Positions 1-10,175 of a stretch of DNA of 64,000 nucleotides are shown here, in pieces. The notes under the pieces are model-generated. The model had not been told where the DNA came from and ran no database searches. It saw nothing but the letters and a program-made list of their open reading frames with translations. The translations under genes were made by a program, and so were the position numbers. This DNA is from Chloroflexi bacterium bin125. GTDB lineage: Bacteria > Chloroflexota > Dehalococcoidia > Bin125. Positions within the stretch are counted from its first letter, which is position 1. Each line of letters starts with the position of its first letter. The stretch covers positions 39,959 through 103,958 of the forward strand of contig MPNM01000003.1 in NCBI GenBank assembly GCA_002239025.1. Direction: 5' to 3'.

Positions 1-355
1 CCGCGGCAGCGTCCTGCTTGCGACCGTTCGGCACCACTTCTACGCGCGCCAGCGATGCAATCTCGGCCGCATCGCGCTCTGCGTAGCATCCGGTGACGAC
101 GACCGGAGCTTCAGGCGATAGCCGCTGAGCGAGCCGGATCAGTCGTCGCGCCTTGCGATCGGCGACGTGCGTGATTGTGCAGGTGTTGATCAAGTACGCA
201 TCTGCGCGGGTCGGTCGGTCGACCGTGACGCAGCCATGTTGTTGAAGTTCTCTCGCCGCTTGCTGAGTTTCAGCCTGGTTCAGTTTGCAGCCCAACGTCA
301 GTGTCGCCACGACAGGGGCGCGGATTGAACTCTGAAAGGATGCGCGGCCGTTCAT
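1..355 (-). CDS. mtaB: MiaB/MtaB-family tRNA methylthiotransferase, N-terminal part (runs off window)
   Basis: Manual translation MNGRAS...TLGCKLNQAET...INTCTITHVADRKAR...VVVTGCYAE shows the three UPF0004 Cys motifs; not in the ORF track. Confidence 0.9.
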   Translation of the reverse strand, partial: MNGRASFQSSIRAPVVATLTLGCKLNQAETQQAARELQQHGCVTVDRPTRADAYLINTCTITHVADRKARRLIRLAQRLSPEAPVVVTGCYAERDAAEIASLARVEVVPNGRKQDAAA

Positions 356-395
356 GCCCATCTACGATACTGATAGAAAGCGACAACGGAGGTAC

Positions 396-530
396 ATGAT
401 GGTAGAGATCGGTCTGGCAATCCTATTCGTCAGCATCCTCGTCGCTGCCGACCGGGGGCGCTACAACACGCTCAACGAAAAGATGAAGGACTTCGTCGAC
501 TGGCTCGACCGCCCCGAAGATCAGCAATAG
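396..530 (+). CDS. Small (44 aa) single-TM hypothetical protein
   Basis: GGAGG SD directly upstream; MMVEIGLAILFVSILVAADRGRYNTLNEKMKDFVDWLDRPEDQQ*. Confidence 0.6.
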   Translation: MMVEIGLAILFVSILVAADRGRYNTLNEKMKDFVDWLDRPEDQQ

Positions 531-624
531 ACCCGTCGTCCCTGTTCCGAGCGACAACCCCACTTTCGTCAGCATTGCGACTCGTCGCACTGTTTCTCTC
601 GTGTTGCCTGCTTGGCGGACATAA

Positions 625-675
625 TTGACAACGCCGCACGCCCGTACTACGTTGGATACAACAGAACAGACGTAC
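625..675 (+). promoter_or_regulatory. Sigma70-type promoter with downstream LexA-like box
   Basis: TTGACA(625-630)-17 bp-TACGTT(648-653); GAAC-agac-GTAC at 664-675. Confidence 0.6.
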
Positions 676-686
676 AGGGAACGACG

Positions 687-953
687 ATGTCCAGCCGCGC
701 TCGACCTCCTGTAATCGGACCAATCGCCCGGGCAGCACAGTTGCCGCTGATGCTCGAGCCAATCGCGACTCCGCGCGCTACCTCGCCAAGGCCCCGCCGA
801 GGTAGCTCAGTCTGTCCACGCTGTGCCGGACCCACCGCCAGTCACGGACGGCGCACTGTCTGCATCATTTGCGGCTACGGCGCCGAGCCCTACCAGCCAA
901 GACGCCGTCACAGCCGTTCAACCCGCCATCGCGCGATGAAGCCAGTGGCTTAG
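687..953 (+). CDS. Small basic zinc-ribbon protein
   Basis: ATG at 687 preceded by AGGGA; CPRC...CIICG motif; Arg-rich tail. Confidence 0.6.
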   Translation: MSSRARPPVIGPIARAAQLPLMLEPIATPRATSPRPRRGSSVCPRCAGPTASHGRRTVCIICGYGAEPYQPRRRHSRSTRHRAMKPVA

Positions 954-1044
954 CTCAGCTCCAATCACTGCCGCTGAGTCGTCCGCGTCATCTGTGGATT
1001 CGGCGCACGTACGTGGACCGCTCGAAGGCGGATAAAATAAAGCG

Positions 1045-1233
1045 GTGAGCATTCTCATCGCTGTCCTGGTCCTCGCCGTGGTGGTCACCCTGATGTACAT
1101 GCGGGGGCTGTTGACGTTCGGCAATCTGCTGTCTGTCTACCGGCGCATACGACTCGCGCTGCTGCTCGCGGTCGTGGCCATTCTGATCATCGGCTTCCTG
1201 CGCATCTTCGGTATCGGCGGCGATGGCTTCTGA
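1045..1233 (+). CDS. Small 2-TM membrane protein
   Basis: Two hydrophobic helices; TAAAAT 6 nt before GTG; overlaps the glycerate kinase start. Confidence 0.65.
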   Translation: MSILIAVLVLAVVVTLMYMRGLLTFGNLLSVYRRIRLALLLAVVAILIIGFLRIFGIGGDGF

Positions 1234-2356
1234 TCCGATGCGAGTGGTCATCGCGCCGCAGGAATTCAAGGGCAGCCTGACCGCTGTGGAAGCTGCCGCG
1301 GCAATCGAGCAGGGCGTCCGAGCCGTATTGCCCGACGCAGAGATCGACAGCGTCCCAGTCGCCGACGGAGGCCCGGGAACCGTCGAAGCCATCGTCCACG
1401 CCGCCAACGGACGCACGTCAATTGCCCGGGTGGACGGCCCGCTGGGAGCGCCGGTCGACGCCAGGTGGGGACGAATCGACGCCGGCCGCTGCGCCGTGAT
1501 CGAAATGGCCGCCGCCTCGGGTCTGACCCTGCTCCGTCCCGAACAATTGGATCCGCGCCGCGCCTCTACCCATGGCACCGGCCAATTGATCAAGCACGCC
1601 CTCGATGCAAACGTCGAGCGCATCCTGATTGGAGTCGGCGGCAGCGCCACCAACGACGGTGGCGCAGGCATGGCTGAAGCGCTTGGCGCAGTCTTCCTCG
1701 ACGAGGACGGCAATAGACTCCCTCCCGGAGGCGCGGCGCTGCGAAACCTCGCGAGCATCGAGATCGACAGGCTCGATCCTCGGTTGGCCGAGGTCGAAAT
1801 CCATGTCCTCTGCGACGTGCAAAATCCACTGCTCGGACATGAAGGGGCAAGCGCGGTCTATGGACCGCAAAAGGGCGCTGACCCAGCCTGCGTCGCCCAA
1901 CTAGATCGAGCCCTGGCCAACTTTGCCGCGATTCTGGAACGCGACCTGAGTGCGAGCGTCGCTGAGATTCCCGGCGCAGGAGCAGCCGGAGGGCTCGCAG
2001 CCGGACTGATGGCCTTCTGTGGCGCAACCCTGCAATCGGGCTTTGCCGCGGTCTCTGAGGCCGTCAGATTGCCTGAACGAATCGCACAGGCCGATCTCGT
2101 CATCACCGGTGAAGGCCGTCTCGACACGCAATCTGCTTACGGCAAGACGGTCGCCGGCGTCGCCCAACTGGCCCATGCCGCCAATATGCCATGTCTCGCC
2201 GTTGCTGGACTGATCGACGGTCGGGCTGAACTGCCCGGACTGACGGATAGCGAAGCTTCTACACCGATTGGAATGTCGATCGATGAGGCGATGTCGCGAA
2301 CCGGCGAACTCGTCCCTGCTGCTGTCGAGCGATTGCTGCGGCGCTACTCGGCGTAA
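1223..2356 (+). CDS. glxK: Glycerate kinase (GlxK/GarK family)
   Basis: APQEFKGSL, DGGPGT, GGSATNDGGAG, GAGAAGG, ITGEGRLD motifs. Confidence 0.95.
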   Translation: MASDPMRVVIAPQEFKGSLTAVEAAAAIEQGVRAVLPDAEIDSVPVADGGPGTVEAIVHAANGRTSIARVDGPLGAPVDARWGRIDAGRCAVIEMAAASGLTLLRPEQLDPRRASTHGTGQLIKHALDANVERILIGVGGSATNDGGAGMAEALGAVFLDEDGNRLPPGGAALRNLASIEIDRLDPRLAEVEIHVLCDVQNPLLGHEGASAVYGPQKGADPACVAQLDRALANFAAILERDLSASVAEIPGAGAAGGLAAGLMAFCGATLQSGFAAVSEAVRLPERIAQADLVITGEGRLDTQSAYGKTVAGVAQLAHAANMPCLAVAGLIDGRAELPGLTDSEASTPIGMSIDEAMSRTGELVPAAVERLLRRYSA

Positions 2357-2775
2357 GGTGTGCGTCGGTCGGTTAAGTTGATCGCCGCCCGATGAGCGTT
2401 CCTCGGCGGCGGCGCGATTCCGATCTCGTCCAACCGGTCGTCGTCGATGCCAAAGTGATGCGCGACTTCATGTAGGACCGTCTCCCGGACCTGCTCAACC
2501 ACTTCATCCTCGCTCCGACAGATGCTCTCGATTGGCTGCTGGTAGATCATGATCCGGTCTGGCAGCGTCTCGCCGTACCAGCCGCGATTCGTCAGCGGCT
2601 GTCCTACGTACAGGCCAAGCAAGGTGTGTCGCCCGCTGAGTCCGACCGAATCGAGTTCCTCGGTCGTGGGTTGGTTGCGCAGCAGGATGACCACATTGTC
2701 CATCCGCTCCGCGAGCTGTTCAGGAATTTCGTCAAGCGCGCGTTCAACCAGCCGGCGGAATCTCGATCGTCGCAT
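2344..2775 (-). CDS. Zincin-like metallopeptidase (DUF1025 type)
   Basis: LLGLYVG, PDRIMIY, HEVAHHFG; start moved to ATG 2775. Confidence 0.9.
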   Translation of the reverse strand: MRRSRFRRLVERALDEIPEQLAERMDNVVILLRNQPTTEELDSVGLSGRHTLLGLYVGQPLTNRGWYGETLPDRIMIYQQPIESICRSEDEVVEQVRETVLHEVAHHFGIDDDRLDEIGIAPPPRNAHRAAINLTDRRTPYAE

Positions 2776-2779
2776 CTGA

Positions 2780-5236
2780 CTACGGTACCCAGTTGTTGAG
2801 TATGGCGCCTTCGAGGATCCGTTGCACGATAGGCCCAGCATCGTCGGAGCCGGACTGGCCGTCGTCCAGCACAAGTGTGACAACTAGCCGAGGGTCTCCG
2901 AAATTCGCCCAGGCCGCGAACCACGCGTGGGTCGTGTAAGGGCCAATGGTGACCTCTTCTTCCTCCTGCGCCTGTTGATCCTCATCTTCCTCCGTCTGTT
3001 CGCTGGCCAGCTCCACTTCGATTTCTTCTTCAGCCTGTTCTACCTCCTCTTCGTCGACGGCAGCCAGCGTCTCGGCGTCAACCACCTGGTCCTCCGCCGT
3101 TCCCGATTTCCCGGCGATGCGCAACACACTGCCTCGGAAGACGTAGAAGCCAGTGCCGTAGGGCTGCGAGACCGTAGTCCGCAATGCTGCCTGGAGTTGC
3201 TCCAGCGTGTCGGCCGAAACTGGTAGCACACTCAATGAACGCCGTTCGATCACCTGTGGCGGCGCTCCGACCGGTTCGATCGATTGGGCAACGATCGGCG
3301 TACTCACCACGCCATTGGTCGCAAGTGCAACGTAGGCATTGGCCATCTGCAGCACCGTGACAGCGACAAAGCCCTGACCAATGCTCATATTCAGCGTGTC
3401 GCCGGTGAACCAGGCTTCATTGAAATGCGTTGCCTTCCACGCAGGCCCCGGAATCACGCCGCTCTCTTCATTCAGACCAATGATTCCTGTCGCCTGGCCA
3501 AAGCCAAACCCCGATGCCACCGACGGCAACAGATCTGTATCGATGCGGTCCAGGTTCAGCCCCAACTCGTAGAACACAGTGTTGCACGATTCGGCCAGTG
3601 CCTGGGACAACGTGATCCGTCCCTGGTTGGTGTCCTTCCAGTTGCGCAGCGGTTGGTCGCCCACTTCCATCCACTCCGCTGGGCATGAAATCCGGTCGGT
3701 GATCTCGTACCCACCGCCTTCGAGCGCCGCGGCGAGCGTAACCACCTTGAACGTCGATCCGGGTGCATAGATCTGCTCAACCGCGCGATTAATGAACGGC
3801 TGACGTTCGTCGAAGAAGTATGTGTCGTACTCCTCCTGTGTCACGCCATCGACGATCGAGTTAGGATCGATCCGCGGATACGACGCCATCGCGAGCACGT
3901 GCCCACTACGAGGATCGATCGCGACTACGGCGCCAGGCTGTTCGCCCAATGCCGTCTCAGCCAGTTGTTGCACACGCACATCCAACGTCAGGCGGATGTT
4001 GGCGCCGGCGATCGCCGGACGATTGACAATCTCGCGGACCGGGCGACCAATCGGATCGACAATCGATAGGCTGCCGCCACGTCGTCCAGCCAGGATCCGT
4101 TCGAATGACTGCTCAATCCCGTCGCGACCCACCATGTCGCCGGCGCGATATCCCTCGACGAACAGCTCAGCCAGTTCGGTCGGATTGATTTCCTGCAGAT
4201 AGCCGACGACATGAGCTGCTACGTCGCCGAATGGGTAGTATCGGCGAGTCTGACGCGTCACCAGGATGCCCTGAGACGCGAGCTGCTCAAACTCCCGGAT
4301 CACATCCGGCGACGTATCGAGCGCCAGCACTGCGACAGGAATGTACTGATACGAGGGGACATCCTGATAGATGATCGCGCGGACATCTTCCTCCTCCACT
4401 CCCACCCGCTCAGTGAAGAAGTTCAGTACGAATTCCTCATCCGAAATCGAATCCCAATGCACGCCGACAATGACCACTTCGGTCTCACCGGCCAGTACTA
4501 CGCCGTTCCGGTCGAGAATCTCACCGCGTGGCGGAGTTTCAATCAGCGTCCTGATCAGATATCCAGGAGAACCCAGGCTGCTAAACATCAGGTCCGGCGT
4601 CCAGTTGACCACCCAGTGAGGCTGTCGCAACGTGCGTGCCTGGACGAGTTCTTTGATCTCGCCAAAGAACGTCGTCTGATAGCTGATCTCTACCTCGTGT
4701 GATGATGCGTTCGAGTCATCCTGCGGTTGCACCTCCCAGGTGAATCCGCCAATCGTCGCCTCAGCCCAGATATCCCGGTAGCGCTGCTCGAACGCTTCGG
4801 CAGTGATTCGCTCCTTGGTCTCCGTCGAGGTCCGTTCGTATGCGCCGGACAGGTCTCCGGTCGCGATGAGATGGAAGAAACTCTGCACGGCAAACAACGC
4901 GGTCGGCGGCGCGACGTCCAGGTCTTCCAGATCCTCTGCCGGAGGCCGGTAGGCAGTCGTTCCATCGCCCTGTGAACCGCCGTCTACCGCAGCTTCGCCT
5001 GCCTCTTCTTCAGCCGTTGGCTGCGCTTCTTCTGGTGGGGGAGGGAAGTGCTTGGACAGATCGCGTTCGGACTCACCACCGAACACACAACCACTCAGGA
5101 GCCCACCGCATAGCAGAGTGGCGACGATCAACAGCCCCGGCAAGGTCTGACGGAGCGATACGAATCGCCGACTAAACCGCTGACGTGGTCGCAAACATGA
5201 TCGCAGACGTGGTCGCAAACGTGGCGCGTCGCGCAT
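2780..5236 (-). CDS. mrdA: Class B penicillin-binding protein 2 with N-terminal NTF2/MecA-like domain
   Basis: RGEILDRNG, RYYP, GRDGIE, SxxK (STFK), SCN, KSG motifs. Confidence 0.9.
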   Translation of the reverse strand: MRDAPRLRPRLRSCLRPRQRFSRRFVSLRQTLPGLLIVATLLCGGLLSGCVFGGESERDLSKHFPPPPEEAQPTAEEEAGEAAVDGGSQGDGTTAYRPPAEDLEDLDVAPPTALFAVQSFFHLIATGDLSGAYERTSTETKERITAEAFEQRYRDIWAEATIGGFTWEVQPQDDSNASSHEVEISYQTTFFGEIKELVQARTLRQPHWVVNWTPDLMFSSLGSPGYLIRTLIETPPRGEILDRNGVVLAGETEVVIVGVHWDSISDEEFVLNFFTERVGVEEEDVRAIIYQDVPSYQYIPVAVLALDTSPDVIREFEQLASQGILVTRQTRRYYPFGDVAAHVVGYLQEINPTELAELFVEGYRAGDMVGRDGIEQSFERILAGRRGGSLSIVDPIGRPVREIVNRPAIAGANIRLTLDVRVQQLAETALGEQPGAVVAIDPRSGHVLAMASYPRIDPNSIVDGVTQEEYDTYFFDERQPFINRAVEQIYAPGSTFKVVTLAAALEGGGYEITDRISCPAEWMEVGDQPLRNWKDTNQGRITLSQALAESCNTVFYELGLNLDRIDTDLLPSVASGFGFGQATGIIGLNEESGVIPGPAWKATHFNEAWFTGDTLNMSIGQGFVAVTVLQMANAYVALATNGVVSTPIVAQSIEPVGAPPQVIERRSLSVLPVSADTLEQLQAALRTTVSQPYGTGFYVFRGSVLRIAGKSGTAEDQVVDAETLAAVDEEEVEQAEEEIEVELASEQTEEDEDQQAQEEEEVTIGPYTTHAWFAAWANFGDPRLVVTLVLDDGQSGSDDAGPIVQRILEGAILNNWVP

Positions 5237-5373
5237 GCCCGAGTTACCCGCTCACCCCGCTCTTCGTCACCTTACCAGCCAATCGAGCCACTGGAACGCC
5301 AGAACTCACGACGACAGGCGTTAGACTTGGATCGTTCCGGCAGTGAACATGTGCCGCAGAGGGGATTCAGCAG

Positions 5374-6549
<1,176 letters not shown>

Positions 6550-6608
6550 TAGCAGGGCCTGTTCTCGGAGCTGCCGCAACGCAACTGCGAGTGCATCTCC
6601 CGTCCCCC

Positions 6609-6710
6609 GCTCCCCCTTGCAGGGGAGCTGCCAACCAAACTCTTCGCTCCCCCTTCCAGGGGGAGCTGCCGAAGAGCCTAGCCCCGGCTTGAACGGGGGC
6701 TGAGGGGGTC
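6609..6710. repeat. CTCCCCC-N3/4-GGGGGAG palindromic (REP-like) repeat, family A
   Basis: Two CTCCCCCTT..AGGGG(G)AGCTGCC units; same motif recurs in other intergenic gaps. Confidence 0.75.
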
Positions 6711-6782
6711 CCGCGCCGCCTCCGCAAGTCCCTGCAATAGCTAGTTGCCTCCTCTCCCTTTCGTGCGAACAGGATACGGCCA

Positions 6783-7913
6783 GTGCTGCCGAGCGATGGA
6801 GTGACGCATCCGAGAGCAGTATGGATCGCCTGGTCTTCGCTTCTGTTCCTCTGTGCAATCTCGATTGTGGCCTGCTCAGACGACATTCCCGAGTGGTCGA
6901 CGGACTCGGAGACCATGGAAACATCCAGACTCCCGACCCAGACCTACGTACCGTTGGCTCATGTCCAATCTGCCCTTCGAGGCCCGCTTCACTACTCATC
7001 CTGGCTTGGGCGGGAAAACCACATTGATTCGGCAGTTAGTTACCTCATCGCTGAGCCAGCCGCCAGTTATGGCGCCCTCGTCTTCCAGGTTGCTTGTACG
7101 CAGGGCGAAGTCGAGTTCTACATGATCGGTCCGCAAGAGACCGTTGCAGATTCCTTTGCGGTCGAGGTCAAGGTTGACGGCGGCAGCGCTGAGCAGCAGC
7201 GCTGGCAAGGTGTCGGCTCGCTTGGGTTGGAGCTGGTTGGCAAGGATGCGCAATCGTTCTACAGCGAGTTGCGTTTCGCTGAGCATCTGTCAATCACAGT
7301 CCCAGAACTCCGCATCGGCCCCGCCGACGTTCCTGTCAGACAGCTATTGAACACCTCGATACAAGACAATCTTGACTACTGCGGCGACTATCACCCAACC
7401 GAGCGGCGCGTCGCCGAGCCGACACATATGCCATTGACCGGCGTGGGCGGCGCAGTCTCGCCTTATCTGACATATGAGGCAGTCGAGAGTGTATTCGGCA
7501 GCAGAATCATTCTTACCTCAAGCGTGCGAGTCGCAGCGCTCCAAGCGGATGAGTCCGTGCCTGGTCTGCGACTCGTCCTGCTGTGCAGTGGCGTCGGGCG
7601 GTTCGTTGTTCGATTTGAAGGCCTGAGTCTTGAGCACGTCTCTAGTAGACCGCTTGAGTTCATCGTGACGATGGATGATTCAGTTGCAACCAGGAGTGAA
7701 TGGTGGATCTCAAGCGATGGGGACGAGGTCGTCGCCGATGTCGAAGAAGTAGGCCTGCTTGCTGGTATGTTGCTGGCCGACTCAATGACCCTGCAGATCC
7801 CGGATCTGGAAATCGGACCGGTGGTGTTCGATCTCACTGGCCTGCTGGAAACTCCGATCCAGGGCAACCTCGACCACTGCGGAGCCTACGCAGAGAACAA
7901 GTCCAGTTCCTAG
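6783..7913 (+). CDS. Hypothetical lipoprotein with two duplicated domains
   Basis: Lipobox IVAC; internal repeat NTSIQDNLDYCGDY / ETPIQGNLDHCGAY; start uncertain. Confidence 0.75.
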   Translation: MLPSDGVTHPRAVWIAWSSLLFLCAISIVACSDDIPEWSTDSETMETSRLPTQTYVPLAHVQSALRGPLHYSSWLGRENHIDSAVSYLIAEPAASYGALVFQVACTQGEVEFYMIGPQETVADSFAVEVKVDGGSAEQQRWQGVGSLGLELVGKDAQSFYSELRFAEHLSITVPELRIGPADVPVRQLLNTSIQDNLDYCGDYHPTERRVAEPTHMPLTGVGGAVSPYLTYEAVESVFGSRIILTSSVRVAALQADESVPGLRLVLLCSGVGRFVVRFEGLSLEHVSSRPLEFIVTMDDSVATRSEWWISSDGDEVVADVEEVGLLAGMLLADSMTLQIPDLEIGPVVFDLTGLLETPIQGNLDHCGAYAENKSSS

Positions 7914-8016
7914 CAAAGCGCTGCTCCGGCAAATCCGCGTGGGAACCCATCCGACCGCTGCGTCGTCCAACAATCATGGGCGCTAGATTGTCGCCACAAA
8001 CCAACGGGAGCACTGC

Positions 8017-10035
8017 ATGACCCGATCCCGACTCTGGCTGCTGGCCCTGGCGCCCATTCTTGCCGTTGCGATCATTGCAACTCAGCACTACGTCCTCGCC
8101 GATTCCACCGACTCGACCGACTTGCGCGGGTTCAAGACCTGTGGCGACCTGCATGAGCACTACGTCAAACTGTCGTTGAATTCGATCACCGAGCAAAGAT
8201 ACGAAGATGAAGAAGAAGCCGCCGCCGACGACTTTAACGACTTCCCAGCTACAGGCGCCGACGGCGGAGATGCAATTGAGCGAGAAGAAGCAGCCCAAGA
8301 AGAGGCGGAAGAAACCGCCTCGGACGAAGGCGTGGTCTCAGAGACCGGCACCAATGTCCAGGAGCGAGGCGTTGACGAGTCGGACATCATCAAGACTGAT
8401 GGCACGCACTTCTACATCCTGCGACCACAATCGCTGCTGATTGCGAAGATCTCCGAGAATGGCCCGCTGGTCGAGGTCGGACGGATCGAGTTCTCGGAGC
8501 TCGGACATCGGCAGGAACTGTTGATCGGCAGCGGCAAAGCAGTCGTCGTGCGCCAGCTTGATTCGGCGCCCGGCATCATCAAGCTCGACGAAGAGCTGAT
8601 CAAGCCAGGCGGCGATCTGACCTACGCGCGTCAACAGAGCGAGGTGCTCGAGATAGACGTAAGTGATGCCGCTTCGCCGACATTGCTGCGTGAACTGGAC
8701 CTCGACGGTCGCTTCCTCAGCGCCCGGCTGGTGGGCAACGACCTGCGCCTGGCGATGCAACACAGTTCGGTCATCCCATATGTCTCGCCCTGGGCGTTCG
8801 GCTGGCAGAACCGCGAGACCAACGCCGAGCGGTACAACGAGGCGTTGCAGGCTTCCTTCAAACTGGGCCAGTGGTTCCCACTGTTTGGCCTCGAGGACCA
8901 CTCCGACAGTTCGTTTTCGCATGGCTATTCGGTCGAATGCTCACAGACGTTTGCGCCTGTGAACCGACTGCCAACGCGCTGGGGCGAACCGCCCAGTACG
9001 GCATTCATGTTGTCATTTGATCTGACCGAAGGCATCGGCGAATGGGGATCCGTTGGCGTACTGGGGATGGCGACCAATCCGACGGTCTACGCATCCACGG
9101 ACTCGCTCTACCTCGCCGCGCCAACCGACAATTGGCAGGACACCGCGATTCACCGATTCGACATCAGCGACCCTCTTGAACCGACTTACTTCGCTGGCGG
9201 AATCGTTAGGGGACAATTGCTCTCGCAGTGGTCCCTCTCGGAACACAATGGCTATCTCCGTGTTGCAACGACCGACTTCAGTAAGTGGCCGTCTGTCAGT
9301 AGCGTCACCGTATTGGGGTCCGAGGTCGCAATGGTGTCAGAACACGATGGCCGAGATGGCCCCGCGCGGCGCCTGGAACAGATCGGACGGGTCACGGGTC
9401 TCGGCGCAACCGAGAGCATCTTCGCTGTCCGCTTCGCCGGAGATGTTGGTTACGTGGTGACATTCCGACAAGTCGATCCGCTCTACGTGCTCGACCTCTC
9501 CGATCCGACCGACCCAAAGCAAGTCGGTGAGCTGAAGATTCCCGGCTTCTCCCGCTACCTGCATCCGCTCAGCGGTGGACTGCTGTTCGGCGTGGGACGC
9601 GACGCCGATCCTCGGACCGGCTGGGAGCGAGGTCTGCAGGCGACGTTGTTCGATGTCTCGGACCCGTCCAATCCGACGCAGATCGCTGTGCTGCCGCTGG
9701 GCGACGATGCCTACAGCCCGGTCGAGAACGACCACAGAGCATTCCGGTACCACAACGGCACCGCCTGGATCCCCGTCGGACCCAACGACTACTGGCTGCG
9801 GCAGAACCATGACGGCGCCTTCTTCGGAGTACGAGTGTCCAGCGAAGGTCTCACCCACGAGTCGACGCTGAGGGTCCACGGAGAGGCCAGGCGAGCAATC
9901 CCGGTGGGAGAACAGATCCACCTGCTAGGCAGCGAGGAAGTCCGAACCTACGACCTCGAGGACAACACGGATCTCGGGGCGCTGAGTTTCGCTCCCGAAT
10001 GGGACAACCGCTGGCTGCCGGTCTGGCCGGATTAG
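8017..10035 (+). CDS. Secreted beta-propeller domain protein (Beta_propel family)
   Basis: Signal peptide; TNVQERGVDESDIIKTDG, YVVTFRQVDPLYVLDL, GELKIPGFSRYLHP. Confidence 0.9.
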   Translation: MTRSRLWLLALAPILAVAIIATQHYVLADSTDSTDLRGFKTCGDLHEHYVKLSLNSITEQRYEDEEEAAADDFNDFPATGADGGDAIEREEAAQEEAEETASDEGVVSETGTNVQERGVDESDIIKTDGTHFYILRPQSLLIAKISENGPLVEVGRIEFSELGHRQELLIGSGKAVVVRQLDSAPGIIKLDEELIKPGGDLTYARQQSEVLEIDVSDAASPTLLRELDLDGRFLSARLVGNDLRLAMQHSSVIPYVSPWAFGWQNRETNAERYNEALQASFKLGQWFPLFGLEDHSDSSFSHGYSVECSQTFAPVNRLPTRWGEPPSTAFMLSFDLTEGIGEWGSVGVLGMATNPTVYASTDSLYLAAPTDNWQDTAIHRFDISDPLEPTYFAGGIVRGQLLSQWSLSEHNGYLRVATTDFSKWPSVSSVTVLGSEVAMVSEHDGRDGPARRLEQIGRVTGLGATESIFAVRFAGDVGYVVTFRQVDPLYVLDLSDPTDPKQVGELKIPGFSRYLHPLSGGLLFGVGRDADPRTGWERGLQATLFDVSDPSNPTQIAVLPLGDDAYSPVENDHRAFRYHNGTAWIPVGPNDYWLRQNHDGAFFGVRVSSEGLTHESTLRVHGEARRAIPVGEQIHLLGSEEVRTYDLEDNTDLGALSFAPEWDNRWLPVWPD

Positions 10036-10175
10036 TGTCGGTGTCCTCGCAGGAGGGTGGCAACGTAGCGCAGCGGTTGGACGGTGGACCGGAGCGGGTC
10101 CCCGTGTGAAACGGGGACTGGGGAGGGGCTGCGCATATACTCGGCTTCGTAGTTTGCGATGCTGAGGATGTTCTG

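Noticed and set aside
5183-5230. 12-bp imperfect tandem repeat (ACGTGGTCGCAA)
   Set aside because: Short, in-frame within the basic N-terminus of mrdA; no further structure
6555-6780. Possible MITE bounded by GGCCTGTTC...GAACAGG
   Set aside because: Only a 7-bp inverted match and no clear target duplication
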